48,239 nucleotides of DNA from the NCBI GenBank assembly GCA_038118245.1, contig JAYOHN010000005.1:1-48239 (forward strand), in the 5' to 3' direction. Position numbers and translations under genes: made by a program. The stretch's first letter is position 1; each line of letters opens with the position of its first letter. The notes beneath the pieces were generated by a model that saw only the letters and a list, made by a program, of their open reading frames with translations, was not told where the DNA came from and searched no databases. Positions 36,408 to 45,834 of the stretch are shown here, in pieces. This DNA is from Poseidonia sp. (GTDB lineage: Archaea > Thermoplasmatota > Poseidoniia > Poseidoniales > Poseidoniaceae).

Positions 36408-37181
36408 ATGGGCGAAGTGCTTCCCGTGTCCGTCACGGTGATTTTGCCAACGCGAAACGAAGAGGAGGCTTTGGGCCCCACCATCGACGCCATCCCCCGC
36501 GGATGGTGCAAGGACCTCGAAATCATGATCGTAGACGGCAACTCGTCGGACCGAACCCGTGAAATCGCCCTTGAGAAGGGCATCCGAGTGCACCTGGAGC
36601 CTCGCAAGGGCTACGGGCGGGCATACCGAACAGGATTTGAGGTGGCCAGCAACGAGATCATCGTGACCATGGACGCTGACTGCACCTATCCCGCCGAACT
36701 CGTTCCGGAACTGGTCAAACGATTGCTTGACGACGATTTGGAATTCATCACCTGCGACCGCCTCTCCCTTGCGGAAGACGGTTCCATGTCGGGCCTGCAC
36801 GGTTTTGGCAATTGGGTGCTCTCGTTCACCGCCAGGATGCTGTTTTGGTACGGCATCAAAGACTCGCAAACAGGCATGTGGGTGTTCAAGAAGTCCATGT
36901 TTGACAACGAAAAGATGCGCCCGACCAACGACGGCATGCCGTTGAGCGAGGAAATCAAAATCCTCGCCCGCCGACATCTGGGCAAAAAGAAAGCCGTTGA
37001 GATTTCCGTGCCCTACCGTCCCCGGGTTGGCGAGGCCGAAATCCACACCTGGGGCGACGGTTGGAAGAACCTCAGGTTCCTGTTCCTCAAGCGTTTCGGA
37101 CTTCATCGTACCCGAACGCCTTGGGGCGGGCTGCCCACTAACCCCGATTCCTTGAACGGTGATTTGCCCGAACAAGGATGA
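36408..37181 (+). CDS. Glycosyltransferase family 2 (polyprenol-phosphate glycosyltransferase-like)
   Basis: ILPTRNEE, VDGNSSDRT, GYGRA, MDADCTY, DSQTG, YRPRVGE. Confidence 0.92.
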   Translation: MGEVLPVSVTVILPTRNEEEALGPTIDAIPRGWCKDLEIMIVDGNSSDRTREIALEKGIRVHLEPRKGYGRAYRTGFEVASNEIIVTMDADCTYPAELVPELVKRLLDDDLEFITCDRLSLAEDGSMSGLHGFGNWVLSFTARMLFWYGIKDSQTGMWVFKKSMFDNEKMRPTNDGMPLSEEIKILARRHLGKKKAVEISVPYRPRVGEAEIHTWGDGWKNLRFLFLKRFGLHRTRTPWGGLPTNPDSLNGDLPEQG

Positions 37182-37222
37182 AACGTTGACTCGTCCAGCG
37201 CGAGTCCTGATGGTCTACGCCT

Positions 37223-38089
37223 TCAACCTCGTGCTTCTTCCTCGATGACGGTTTTTGCAATTTGACGAAGGTCAGCATCGTAATTGGGGTTTGCAGGCAT
37301 CGCCATCGGGTCAACACCGTGAACGGCATGGAGCCACATGTAGGTGCCCGTTTCGATGGTGATTTCGCCTGCATGCCCTTTTGCATCGGTGAAAATGGAG
37401 GTCGCTTTGGCTCCAGAAAGTTGTTTCACATCGCTGTCAAGGTCACCGGCTTCGTACATCGCCCGCAATTCGTACACCACCGCTCCGTGATGGAACGTGA
37501 AAACCTCGGTGCTTGGGTAATCGGCAGCCAGATCGGTTGAGAGGTTGACCCATCCATCATAGGCTTCGTCCGTACCGTTTCGATGTTCCTCGACGTTGGC
37601 GTAGTCAGCCGGGTAGTCCTTCCAGGGCATGGACAAACCGATACGAATGTTGGGGTTGGTCTTGACCGCATAGTCCGTGAAATTCCACACGGCCTCGTCC
37701 GATTGGCCGCCCGTCTCGATGAATTCAATCGAGCAACAAATCATGATCAGAACATCGATTTCGCCGGTGTCAAGAAAATCTTTGATCAACCTTCGGTCGT
37801 TGTTGTCCGCCCACAATTGGTCAGGAGCACCCGAGGCCCCACCGCTGAACACGATGTAGGTCGCATGGTTGGTTTCCTCCGCCGTATGTGCGTAGGTTTC
37901 CAAAGATTCAGCGAACGTTCGGCCAAAACTGTGACCGATGTAGAGCACGTTGTGGTCGTCTTTGTTCACGTCCTCCGGCGAACGACCCATGATGCCGTCT
38001 CCCTCCCCCTTACCGCCCATGCCGAGGCAACCGGAAAGGGACACGAGAATCACCAAAATGACCATGGTGTAGGCTTTCTGCTGATGCAT
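37223..38089 (-). CDS. Putative lipoprotein, SGNH-hydrolase-like
   Basis: LSGC lipobox, VLYIGHSF (block I-like Ser), DAKGH (Asp/His block V-like). Confidence 0.55.
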   Translation of the reverse strand: MHQQKAYTMVILVILVSLSGCLGMGGKGEGDGIMGRSPEDVNKDDHNVLYIGHSFGRTFAESLETYAHTAEETNHATYIVFSGGASGAPDQLWADNNDRRLIKDFLDTGEIDVLIMICCSIEFIETGGQSDEAVWNFTDYAVKTNPNIRIGLSMPWKDYPADYANVEEHRNGTDEAYDGWVNLSTDLAADYPSTEVFTFHHGAVVYELRAMYEAGDLDSDVKQLSGAKATSIFTDAKGHAGEITIETGTYMWLHAVHGVDPMAMPANPNYDADLRQIAKTVIEEEARG

Positions 38090-38163
38090 GCCTCGCCATC
38101 AAACCCGTTGTTTAACTTCTTTTGCCCAATATTAGCAGACCACGGAACAAAGCGAGGTTGACC

Positions 38164-41100
38164 TCACAAGAGGTCGTCCAGCGCAGCTTGCACTTCCTCC
38201 GTCCCGTCCATGACGTTGGATTCCAGCGCTGGCACGTTTTTTGGTCCGGGCTCGTTTGATGCGGGTGCTTTGAACGCTTCCCATGAGGTCAACAAATCGA
38301 GTTCTTCGGCCGAACGGCGCCGGCGCTGAACAACGAAGCCGACGGCCAAGGACAAACCGAGCAAAGCGACAGCAACACCCGCAAAGGCAGCAACCCGTCC
38401 ATCGGCTTGGGCTTCCTCCACAACCAAGTTTCTCGAAACAAAGTCAATGTTGGCGTTCTCGCCCACTCCGTCACGGGCGATGACCTTCAGCAGGGGCCGC
38501 CCGGTGGTTTCTGGCCGCCACTCAACGACGCCTTCCCAAACCCCGTCACCGTCGTCGTCCGAGAGGTTGACCTCCCACTGCTGGATGTTCAAGGTGATGT
38601 TGACACGAACATCTTGCGTCGTTCCGTCGGGGTCGCTCAGGGCGATACGCACGGTCAACAACGCCAGTTCGTTTTGCGTAAACTTCTCGCTGCTCAGCGT
38701 TAAGGAATCCCGGTCAAGCTCAGGAAGGCTGGACTGCAAGGTGACGTTCACGTGTTCTTCCACCCAGTTTCCACGCGCATCTTCAATGTACAGAGAGAGG
38801 TGGTATTCGCCGGGAGGAAACCCGGTCACTTCGTCCTTGGAAGCCCTCGAAATCACTTCTGGATTGCTCTTTTCTGGCGACCACCAACGCCATTCTCGAA
38901 CGGTCAAGTCGTTGTCGGCGTCGTAAGAGGCCTCTTCCAAAAGGAGCGCAGCACCCGCTTCGAAGGATTGTCGGTTGGCGGGAGATGTCAGCACCAACAC
39001 AGGGCCTGATTCCGTCACCGTGAGCGTGAAACGCTCGTCCCTTGACATGCCCGTTTCGTCGGTGAGCGTGACGGTCATGAGGTGTTCACCGGCTTGCAGT
39101 GCAAACGGGTGACGCAGGGAGGGATCAGCATCCACCACCAACGGCTCGGCCTGAAGGGAGGAGCGGAGCGTGACGGTGAAAGCATCGCCGTCGTAATCCA
39201 CGCTTTCCGAGGCGTCAAAACTCAGGTTGGCCGATGATGGATGGACGGTGTTGGCCTCGGGCGACACCAACCCCAGAACGGGCGCTGATGCAACGATGGT
39301 CACCGTTGTGCTGGCCGTGACAGGCTCGTGAATACCGTCGTCCACGCTGAGGGTAATGGTGTGGGTGCCGGCGCTGAGCCGACCCTCAAAATACAACCAA
39401 TCTTGGCCCTCGGGGGTCAGGCGTCCGTCAAGGTCGCTCGTCCAGGTCACCACGAGGTATTCCGTGCCGGCCGATGGCTCAAAGGGAGCACAGACCCATT
39501 CGCCTTCGGTGGGGAACGAATCGCAGGCTGCGTCAAAGTCGCCCGAACCGTTGGCCGAGAACCAAATCAATTCCGAACTCTCGAAGGTTTGGGTCGCTGG
39601 CGAATCGATCGCCGCTTTGGGCACGGAGTTCTCAACGGTCAACAGCATGCTGGTTGTCTTGGATTGATTGACGTGTTCGGCTCGGTCGTCCGTGACCTCC
39701 ATCGTCAGGGTGTGAACACCGCGTGAAAGGTAACCTTCCCAGGTGGATGAACCAACCGAGAGCACCCCGTCAATTGAGGAGGTGTAGGTCACGGTGAGGG
39801 CGTCACCTTCGGGGTCGACCACCTGGCTGCCGTCGAGCAGCACCGAGGCCTCGCTGAAATTGCTGTCCCGAGCGACGGTGAACGCTGGATCGGGAATTTC
39901 GTTGTAGAGCATGACGGGGACGCTGTAGGTGGCGTTGTTGCCGACCTCGTCCCAAGCCAACACGGTCATGGTAAACGAGGCGGGAGGGTCGTCATCCACG
40001 TGGTCAAAGGTGTAGGTGAGTTCCTCGGGACACCCCCACTGGTTGCCCCAGCCGGAGCCCTGACGGTTGTAGCCGCTGAAGGTGATGAGGCAAGCGAAGT
40101 TATCGCCTTCGGGGTCGTAGGTGCCGGTGGTGTTGATGGTGACCGTGCCCGTTTGAGGCATGATCAGCTCGCTCCACGGGTTCAGCGCAGGGTCGAAACT
40201 GACGGTGAGAACGGGGGCGAGGTTAACGAGTTCAACGGTTCGACTTTCTGACACGCAATGGTTTGCCGTGTCGCAAATTTCCAAGGTGATGACATGGATG
40301 CCGTCCGAAAGCGAACACAGGAACGCATCGTTGCCGTTGGCGATGAACGGAGCGCCGTGGTCCGGTCCGTTCAGCCCGCTCCACGAACCCGCACAACCGG
40401 CCAGCAGGTCACCGTCAAGGTCGCTGGTCCACGAAAACGACAGCACGTCGTTGTCCAAATCCCATGAGTCGCTGGCGTTGAACTCCACCTCACCTCGGGA
40501 CGGGAAGACCGAGGCGTCATCCGGTGAAGTCCAGCGCAGGAAGGGGGCTTGGTTGGAAAGCGGCAGCAGGCAGGAAACGATTCGGTCCTGGTCAAGCGTT
40601 GCAGAGGTGCTGTTGGCGGTGCTGTCGTAGCCGCAGGAAATCGAGGCGCTGTTGAACGCACTGCTCCCCGAGGCGGTCCAACGTTGACCGATAAAATCGG
40701 GGAGGTCCACATAGCCCAGATCGTTGGTTCCGAGTTGAACCGAAGGCTCAAAGTCCGTGAACGTAACGTTCACGTTGGCGTTGGGCACACCGTTGGATTG
40801 GTTGTTGACGACCCATATTTTGAGGTCCCAAGCGAGGTCGATGACCGCCCCGTTCGCCAACACGGCGCTGACGACGCTCACGTTGACCGGGCGGTGAAGG
40901 TGCAGAGACGAAGTCGCGTCCAACTGAAGGACGTGAGGCAGAGCCGTTGAGCCGTCCTGGTCGGTGAAGCCCGACCAGTTCACCGCACTGTTTTGCAGTT
41001 CAACGGTACCGGTGCAGGAGGAGGCGACGACGTTGTTGGTACCACTCAAACCGAGGTGGTTCGAAAAGGTCGCACACGCTGAACCGGAGAGCACGCTGTT

Positions 41101-42957
41101 GGAAAGGGAGGAGGGGAAGTTGCCGTTGTTGCTTCCGTCCCAGACCAGACCGGAATGGTTTCCGGGCATGGACAACCCGTCCACGTCCGCTGCAACGCGA
41201 TCAAAACGAACAGCGGGGACCAACGGGCTTTCGGCCGACACCGAAGCGTCGTTGACCGTCACACGACCCGAAGAACCTGCGGGCAAAGGGTCGTTGTTGT
41301 CAATTTCCAAAGCAGGCCGGCTCGGGTTGTTGCCCACCAGGGTGAGCCCGTCGAGCCAAAGGTCAACGGAATTGACGGCAAGAAGCCCCGCCCCGGTGGA
41401 CCCGGAGACCGTGCAATTGGTGCAGCGAACATCGCCCGAAGCCGACTCAATGTCGTTGGAATCCTCATAATACAGCCCCGCTTGGTCACGTTCGAGAGGG
41501 TTTGCAGCGGCGTCCCCTCCGTTGTTTAGCGCCGTGAGGTTCTCGAAAACGACGTTGCGGGCGTCCCACACTTGAGCGCCCGAGCGCCCGTTGTCGTCCA
41601 ACTTGAGGCCGTTGACGTGGAGGGTGGCGCGGTTCACGTACAGTCCGTGGTCGGTGTTGTTGTGCAGGTTCCAATCAAAGCCCTGCATCGCACCACCGGA
41701 CGAAGAATACACGCCCGGACCCACCGAACCGCTCACCTCGAGCCCCTCAAACCGCGGTGCGAAAAACGAGGAGCGGACGGCGACGCCCGCTTCGTGAGGT
41801 CCTTGACCGGGGTCGCCTGAATCCCGAACGGTCAGGTTTCTGAAGGTCGTCGAACTGTCGACGAAATACAACCGAACGCCGACGGTGGTTGAATCCTCAA
41901 CCAGGGTATCTTCGAACCATGCGCCGGTGGCGTTGACTTCGATGGCGGCGTAGCCGATGTTGGGTGTTTTTGCGTCCGATCCACCCGTGCCGAGCACGGT
42001 CAGATTGGTGAAATCTGCCGTTTCATAATTCGTGTAGTTGGTGTGGTTGTTCTTGTCGACGTAAACACCACGGTACATCGAATTGGAAATCACAGCGTTG
42101 CGAACCACACCGTGTGTGTAGCCGCCGTCGTCGATGTGCCGAATCACCATCCCGGTGTCCGAGCGGTCAATGCTGATGTTGGTGAGCAGCGGTTGGCTGT
42201 CCTCGACCCAAACGCCAGCAGCGGTCACCCACGAGGACCCGCTGCAATTGTCCACGGTGATGCCGTCGATGAGCCCGCCCGAACCGCCCCAGATATTGAC
42301 GGCCCTCGTGAGGACGTCGGAAAAGACCGCCCGCTTCACGACGGGCGTCGATCCGGAGCCGACCGACAGGCCAAGGCCGTACCGCCAATCGCCCTGGAAC
42401 GGCACGTTTCGTCCGGCTTGGTCGACGTAAAGGTCAGTGATGCGCGGTGCGGCGGAACTGAACAGGTCCACCGCCACTCGGTCGGGGTTCACCACAGTCA
42501 GGTTCTCGAGCACCGGGTTCGACCCGTACACCGTCACCCCGTAAACGGCGTCTTCAATCGTAAGGTTCTGAACAAACGACCCCCGTCCCGAAGAGGTGCT
42601 GTTGAAGGTGATGCCTTCATGGTCGCTCACGCCGCTCGCCTGCAACGTGACGGGGCAGGTTTCGGTCCCGAGCACCGTGAGACGTCCGTCAACAACGATG
42701 CGCTCGCCAGCTTCCAGTTGAATGACCGTGCAGGGTTGAACGATGACTTCGTCGGCCACGCCCACGGTGTAGGTTCCCGAGAGGCTCTGCGTGCCCGACC
42801 AGGTGGTCTGGGCGCGAGCCGAGACGCTCTTTGGCTCGGGGGTTGCATCCGAGATGGAGGACCAGGTTTCAGGCTCCACCAGCGAGGACGCCATCGGCGC
42901 CACCAGAAGAGACAGCGTCAAAAGCACCAGCCAACGAGACGATGCCCTTCCCTCCAT
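38164..42957 (-). CDS. Giant surface protein: right-handed beta-helix repeats, tandem PKD/Ig-like domains, TM anchor
   Basis: Signal peptide and parallel beta-helix pattern. Repeated S.D.D.D.L...W.SDLDG.L...LS.G.H.ITL.V.D domains, then TM + RRRR. Start ATG 42957. Confidence 0.85.
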   Translation of the reverse strand: MEGRASSRWLVLLTLSLLVAPMASSLVEPETWSSISDATPEPKSVSARAQTTWSGTQSLSGTYTVGVADEVIVQPCTVIQLEAGERIVVDGRLTVLGTETCPVTLQASGVSDHEGITFNSTSSGRGSFVQNLTIEDAVYGVTVYGSNPVLENLTVVNPDRVAVDLFSSAAPRITDLYVDQAGRNVPFQGDWRYGLGLSVGSGSTPVVKRAVFSDVLTRAVNIWGGSGGLIDGITVDNCSGSSWVTAAGVWVEDSQPLLTNISIDRSDTGMVIRHIDDGGYTHGVVRNAVISNSMYRGVYVDKNNHTNYTNYETADFTNLTVLGTGGSDAKTPNIGYAAIEVNATGAWFEDTLVEDSTTVGVRLYFVDSSTTFRNLTVRDSGDPGQGPHEAGVAVRSSFFAPRFEGLEVSGSVGPGVYSSSGGAMQGFDWNLHNNTDHGLYVNRATLHVNGLKLDDNGRSGAQVWDARNVVFENLTALNNGGDAAANPLERDQAGLYYEDSNDIESASGDVRCTNCTVSGSTGAGLLAVNSVDLWLDGLTLVGNNPSRPALEIDNNDPLPAGSSGRVTVNDASVSAESPLVPAVRFDRVAADVDGLSMPGNHSGLVWDGSNNGNFPSSLSNSVLSGSACATFSNHLGLSGTNNVVASSCTGTVELQNSAVNWSGFTDQDGSTALPHVLQLDATSSLHLHRPVNVSVVSAVLANGAVIDLAWDLKIWVVNNQSNGVPNANVNVTFTDFEPSVQLGTNDLGYVDLPDFIGQRWTASGSSAFNSASISCGYDSTANSTSATLDQDRIVSCLLPLSNQAPFLRWTSPDDASVFPSRGEVEFNASDSWDLDNDVLSFSWTSDLDGDLLAGCAGSWSGLNGPDHGAPFIANGNDAFLCSLSDGIHVITLEICDTANHCVSESRTVELVNLAPVLTVSFDPALNPWSELIMPQTGTVTINTTGTYDPEGDNFACLITFSGYNRQGSGWGNQWGCPEELTYTFDHVDDDPPASFTMTVLAWDEVGNNATYSVPVMLYNEIPDPAFTVARDSNFSEASVLLDGSQVVDPEGDALTVTYTSSIDGVLSVGSSTWEGYLSRGVHTLTMEVTDDRAEHVNQSKTTSMLLTVENSVPKAAIDSPATQTFESSELIWFSANGSGDFDAACDSFPTEGEWVCAPFEPSAGTEYLVVTWTSDLDGRLTPEGQDWLYFEGRLSAGTHTITLSVDDGIHEPVTASTTVTIVASAPVLGLVSPEANTVHPSSANLSFDASESVDYDGDAFTVTLRSSLQAEPLVVDADPSLRHPFALQAGEHLMTVTLTDETGMSRDERFTLTVTESGPVLVLTSPANRQSFEAGAALLLEEASYDADNDLTVREWRWWSPEKSNPEVISRASKDEVTGFPPGEYHLSLYIEDARGNWVEEHVNVTLQSSLPELDRDSLTLSSEKFTQNELALLTVRIALSDPDGTTQDVRVNITLNIQQWEVNLSDDDGDGVWEGVVEWRPETTGRPLLKVIARDGVGENANIDFVSRNLVVEEAQADGRVAAFAGVAVALLGLSLAVGFVVQRRRRSAEELDLLTSWEAFKAPASNEPGPKNVPALESNVMDGTEEVQAALDDLL

Positions 42958-43060
42958 CGTTTGGAACCTGTTGCAATCCCTCTTCAAAGGTTCCCTCCGC
43001 TGTGAAGACCCTATGGCGGAGGGAGGAAGCCATAAATCCCGATTTCAAGTGGTGGGAGTC

Positions 43061-43294
43061 ATGCCCGAAGCCTTCGTGCTGTTCAAAACTGAGCCCACGC
43101 ACGAGCGCGAGGTGTACCTCGCTCTCTCGAACCACGAAGGGGTGTCCGAAGTTCACGCCCTCTACGGCGAATTTGACCTCTTGGTCCGCATCAGTTCGCC
43201 CAACTCAAAGGAACTGTCGGCCTTGCTCATGAGCACGTTTCGCCAAATCGAGGGCGTCAAAGAAACACAAACGCTGATTGCGGTGGAGGGGTGA
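43061..43294 (+). CDS. Stand-alone Lrp/AsnC ligand-binding (RAM) domain protein 1
   Basis: AFVLFKTEP...V.EVHALYGEFDLLVRI...IEGVKETQTLI. No HTH. Start ATG 43061. Confidence 0.88.
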   Translation: MPEAFVLFKTEPTHEREVYLALSNHEGVSEVHALYGEFDLLVRISSPNSKELSALLMSTFRQIEGVKETQTLIAVEG

Positions 43295-43530
43295 AGATGG
43301 CGATTGGATTTGTCTTGATGACCACCAAGCCCGGGCAAGAAGCAAAGGTACGGGATGCGCTTGAGGAAATCGATCTCGTCACCAACCACTGGATGCTCTT
43401 CGGGCAGTACGACCTCATCGCTCGGGTACAAGCTGACGAAGAGTACGAACTGACTCGGTGCATCGTTGAAGAAATTCGCCAATTGCCAGGTATCCAGGAA
43501 ACGAAAACCCTCATCGGCGCCGAACTTTGA
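43291..43530 (+). CDS. Stand-alone Lrp/AsnC ligand-binding (RAM) domain protein 2
   Basis: IGFVLMTTKPG...LFGQYDLIARV...IRQLPGIQETKTLI. GTG overlaps the previous TGA; ATG 43297 is an alternative start. Confidence 0.88.
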   Translation: MKMAIGFVLMTTKPGQEAKVRDALEEIDLVTNHWMLFGQYDLIARVQADEEYELTRCIVEEIRQLPGIQETKTLIGAEL

Positions 43531-45726
43531 TCAAAGCACCCGGTGAAGGCGACGGGTCACGGCTTTTGCCGCCCCTAAACAACCGGCTTGTCGGAACCAC
43601 CGCGCCGCTTCGCGAAGCGCCATCGCTGCAGGACGAACACCGGTACGTCCTGCGAGGTACCACCACCGGGCAGCATAGCGCCATGAAGGTGGGCCAGCGC
43701 CCTCGAGTTGGTCGGGGGGGACCAGGGTGCTGAGAAAGGCCGCTGCTTGTTCGGAGGATTCCTTGGCGAGGTGTTCGGCGTAGGTCATGCCAACCGCAGC
43801 ACGGTGCAACGCAGAAGGTTGGGCGCCCATCACGGCGTCAACCTCCGTGCGCAGGTCGGACACGCTCGCGCCGGAGCGCCCACGAAGATGGAGTTGCGTT
43901 TTGAGGTTCATTTGCTGCACAAGCGGGTCGTCTCGCCTGCTCAACCCTTCGAGCTGGTCTGCAAGCGCCAAAGCGCGCGTTTCGTCACCTTCCTGAAGAG
44001 CCAGCGCATGGCGAATTAAACTCAGACTCACGGTGACGGTTGCACGCACCGTTCCGTGTTCGGGAAGTTCCACCGCATTGAGCAACTCATGCACCGTTGC
44101 AGCATCGGTGGTGGACGCCTCATCGTACAACCGGTCGTCCAACCGTTGAACCGCCGTGCGCAACACCAAACGGGTGCGCTCGACCGAAGCGGCCCGCTCA
44201 AGTTGACGCTCAAGCAAGCGTTGAGCGTTCGCCTCATCGCCCTCGAGCAACGCCATCGCATGCGCCAAGTCATCGCAGAGGGCTTCGTCTTGGACCTGCT
44301 CAAGGTGGCTGCGAGCGCGCTCAAGTTCGTTGCGCTGAACGGCGATGCGCCCAGCCCAGTAGTGAAGACGCTCGTTCTCGGGATGCTGTTGAGTGGCTCG
44401 GTGAAAGAGCACGGCGAGCGCTCCTGCATCGGTGGCCGCAAGCCGATCAAAATCCTCGTCAATCCAAGCATCAAGACGGTCGCTGTTGAGCGCCATGGCG
44501 TGATAGAGACGAAGAAGGCCGGCCTCCGGCCGGTCGGCGTGTGCATGCCAGTGGTCCAACGAGTCGGTGTGGAGACGGTGCAAATCCTCCTCGTCCAGCA
44601 TGGCTCGTCGGACGTTTCGCACCAGATGCTGGACCTCAACCCGACCGGAACCCGACGCCCATCGCAAAAGCGCACGGTCGTCCAAGGCATCGACGGCCTC
44701 CCCGCCCGGTGAATCCCCCGGAACCAAGGGACGCGGGTAGAGCACCATCAAGTCAAGACCCGAACGCTCCTCTTCGCTGAGCGAATTGAGCATGGTGTGT
44801 TCAACAAAGGCCTGAACATCAGCCCCTGCTTCGGGAAGGGGGTCGCCCTCCTGATGTAATTGCAAGGCCATCGGATGACCGCCTAGGGCTTTGGCGATGG
44901 CGAGACGCTCGGAGGCTTCGAGATGGTCGCCCAGCAAGGTGGCGGCCGTTTCCGGTTCGAGCGCCCCGACGCGAAGCACCGGCCAGGCCAACCCTTCGGC
45001 CAACGGTAGGCGCCCCGCGAGCAGGACGGTGCAGCCTGCATCATGAGCGGCGTGGAGCAGACCCCACACACCCTCACGGTGACGTTCGTTCAACCGGTCG
45101 ACATCGTCCAACATGAAGACCGCCGTTGGACCCTCTTCACCCATGCGTTCGGCCATCGAGGCCGTCTCCCGCGGAGCGGGTCCCTCCTCGACGTACCACG
45201 ATTCAAAAACGGATTGAGCGTCCGAAAAATCGTCCACATTTGTGCAACGAACCCTTCGTTTCTCGGCTTCCAAGCCATCGGCGTAAGCGTCCAACAGCGC
45301 GGTTTTCCCGACACCCGAAAGCCCACCGAGCACCAATTTTCCTTCGGCTTCCAAGCGTTCATGCATGTCCTTCAGGGTCTCCTCTCGGCCGACGAGGAAC
45401 GGAGCCGGAGGCGATGGGTTGACCGAGGACACAAGCGGGGGCTCATTGGTTTCGGGGTGTTCTTCCAACCACGCTCGGCCCGTTTTCGTGATGTGGTACA
45501 CCTGACGGCGGCGTGAACCGCCTCCGAGCACGTGCGCCACGCGGACGGTGATGAAGCCATGTTCGCTCAACACATTGAGCGGCTGGTTCAACCCGGAACG
45601 GACCACGCCCATGGCGTCGGCAAGTCCGGGCAGGGAGAGAGCACGTGGAACATCCCAAGCCCCCTCAAGGTCCGTGGGAAAGGTGCCCAGGAACCGCAGC
45701 AATTTCTCTTGAGAACGGCTGAGCAT
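43531..45726 (-). CDS. wHTH - STAND-type P-loop ATPase - helical (TPR-like) protein
   Basis: N-terminal wHTH (RRRQVYHITKTG), LVGRE, Walker A GLSGVGKT, Walker B VFMLDD, GGHPMAL, C-terminal helical repeats. Start uncertain (45726 or 45768). Confidence 0.75.
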   Translation of the reverse strand: MLSRSQEKLLRFLGTFPTDLEGAWDVPRALSLPGLADAMGVVRSGLNQPLNVLSEHGFITVRVAHVLGGGSRRRQVYHITKTGRAWLEEHPETNEPPLVSSVNPSPPAPFLVGREETLKDMHERLEAEGKLVLGGLSGVGKTALLDAYADGLEAEKRRVRCTNVDDFSDAQSVFESWYVEEGPAPRETASMAERMGEEGPTAVFMLDDVDRLNERHREGVWGLLHAAHDAGCTVLLAGRLPLAEGLAWPVLRVGALEPETAATLLGDHLEASERLAIAKALGGHPMALQLHQEGDPLPEAGADVQAFVEHTMLNSLSEEERSGLDLMVLYPRPLVPGDSPGGEAVDALDDRALLRWASGSGRVEVQHLVRNVRRAMLDEEDLHRLHTDSLDHWHAHADRPEAGLLRLYHAMALNSDRLDAWIDEDFDRLAATDAGALAVLFHRATQQHPENERLHYWAGRIAVQRNELERARSHLEQVQDEALCDDLAHAMALLEGDEANAQRLLERQLERAASVERTRLVLRTAVQRLDDRLYDEASTTDAATVHELLNAVELPEHGTVRATVTVSLSLIRHALALQEGDETRALALADQLEGLSRRDDPLVQQMNLKTQLHLRGRSGASVSDLRTEVDAVMGAQPSALHRAAVGMTYAEHLAKESSEQAAAFLSTLVPPDQLEGAGPPSWRYAARWWYLAGRTGVRPAAMALREAARWFRQAGCLGAAKAVTRRLHRVL

Positions 45727-45834
45727 GAGGACCCACCCTGAAGGTCGGGCGCCTCCTTCATCAAACATCCCCACGGCTGATTCTGCTCCTGCGATTGGGT
45801 TGCCCTTTTGACCCACGGCCCCCGTGGTCCCAGC

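Noticed and set aside
43531-45726. Avs-type antiviral STAND defence system
   Set aside because: The N-terminus is a wHTH with no nuclease, TIR, SIR2 or protease effector, and the context is not a defence island; a regulator is more likely.
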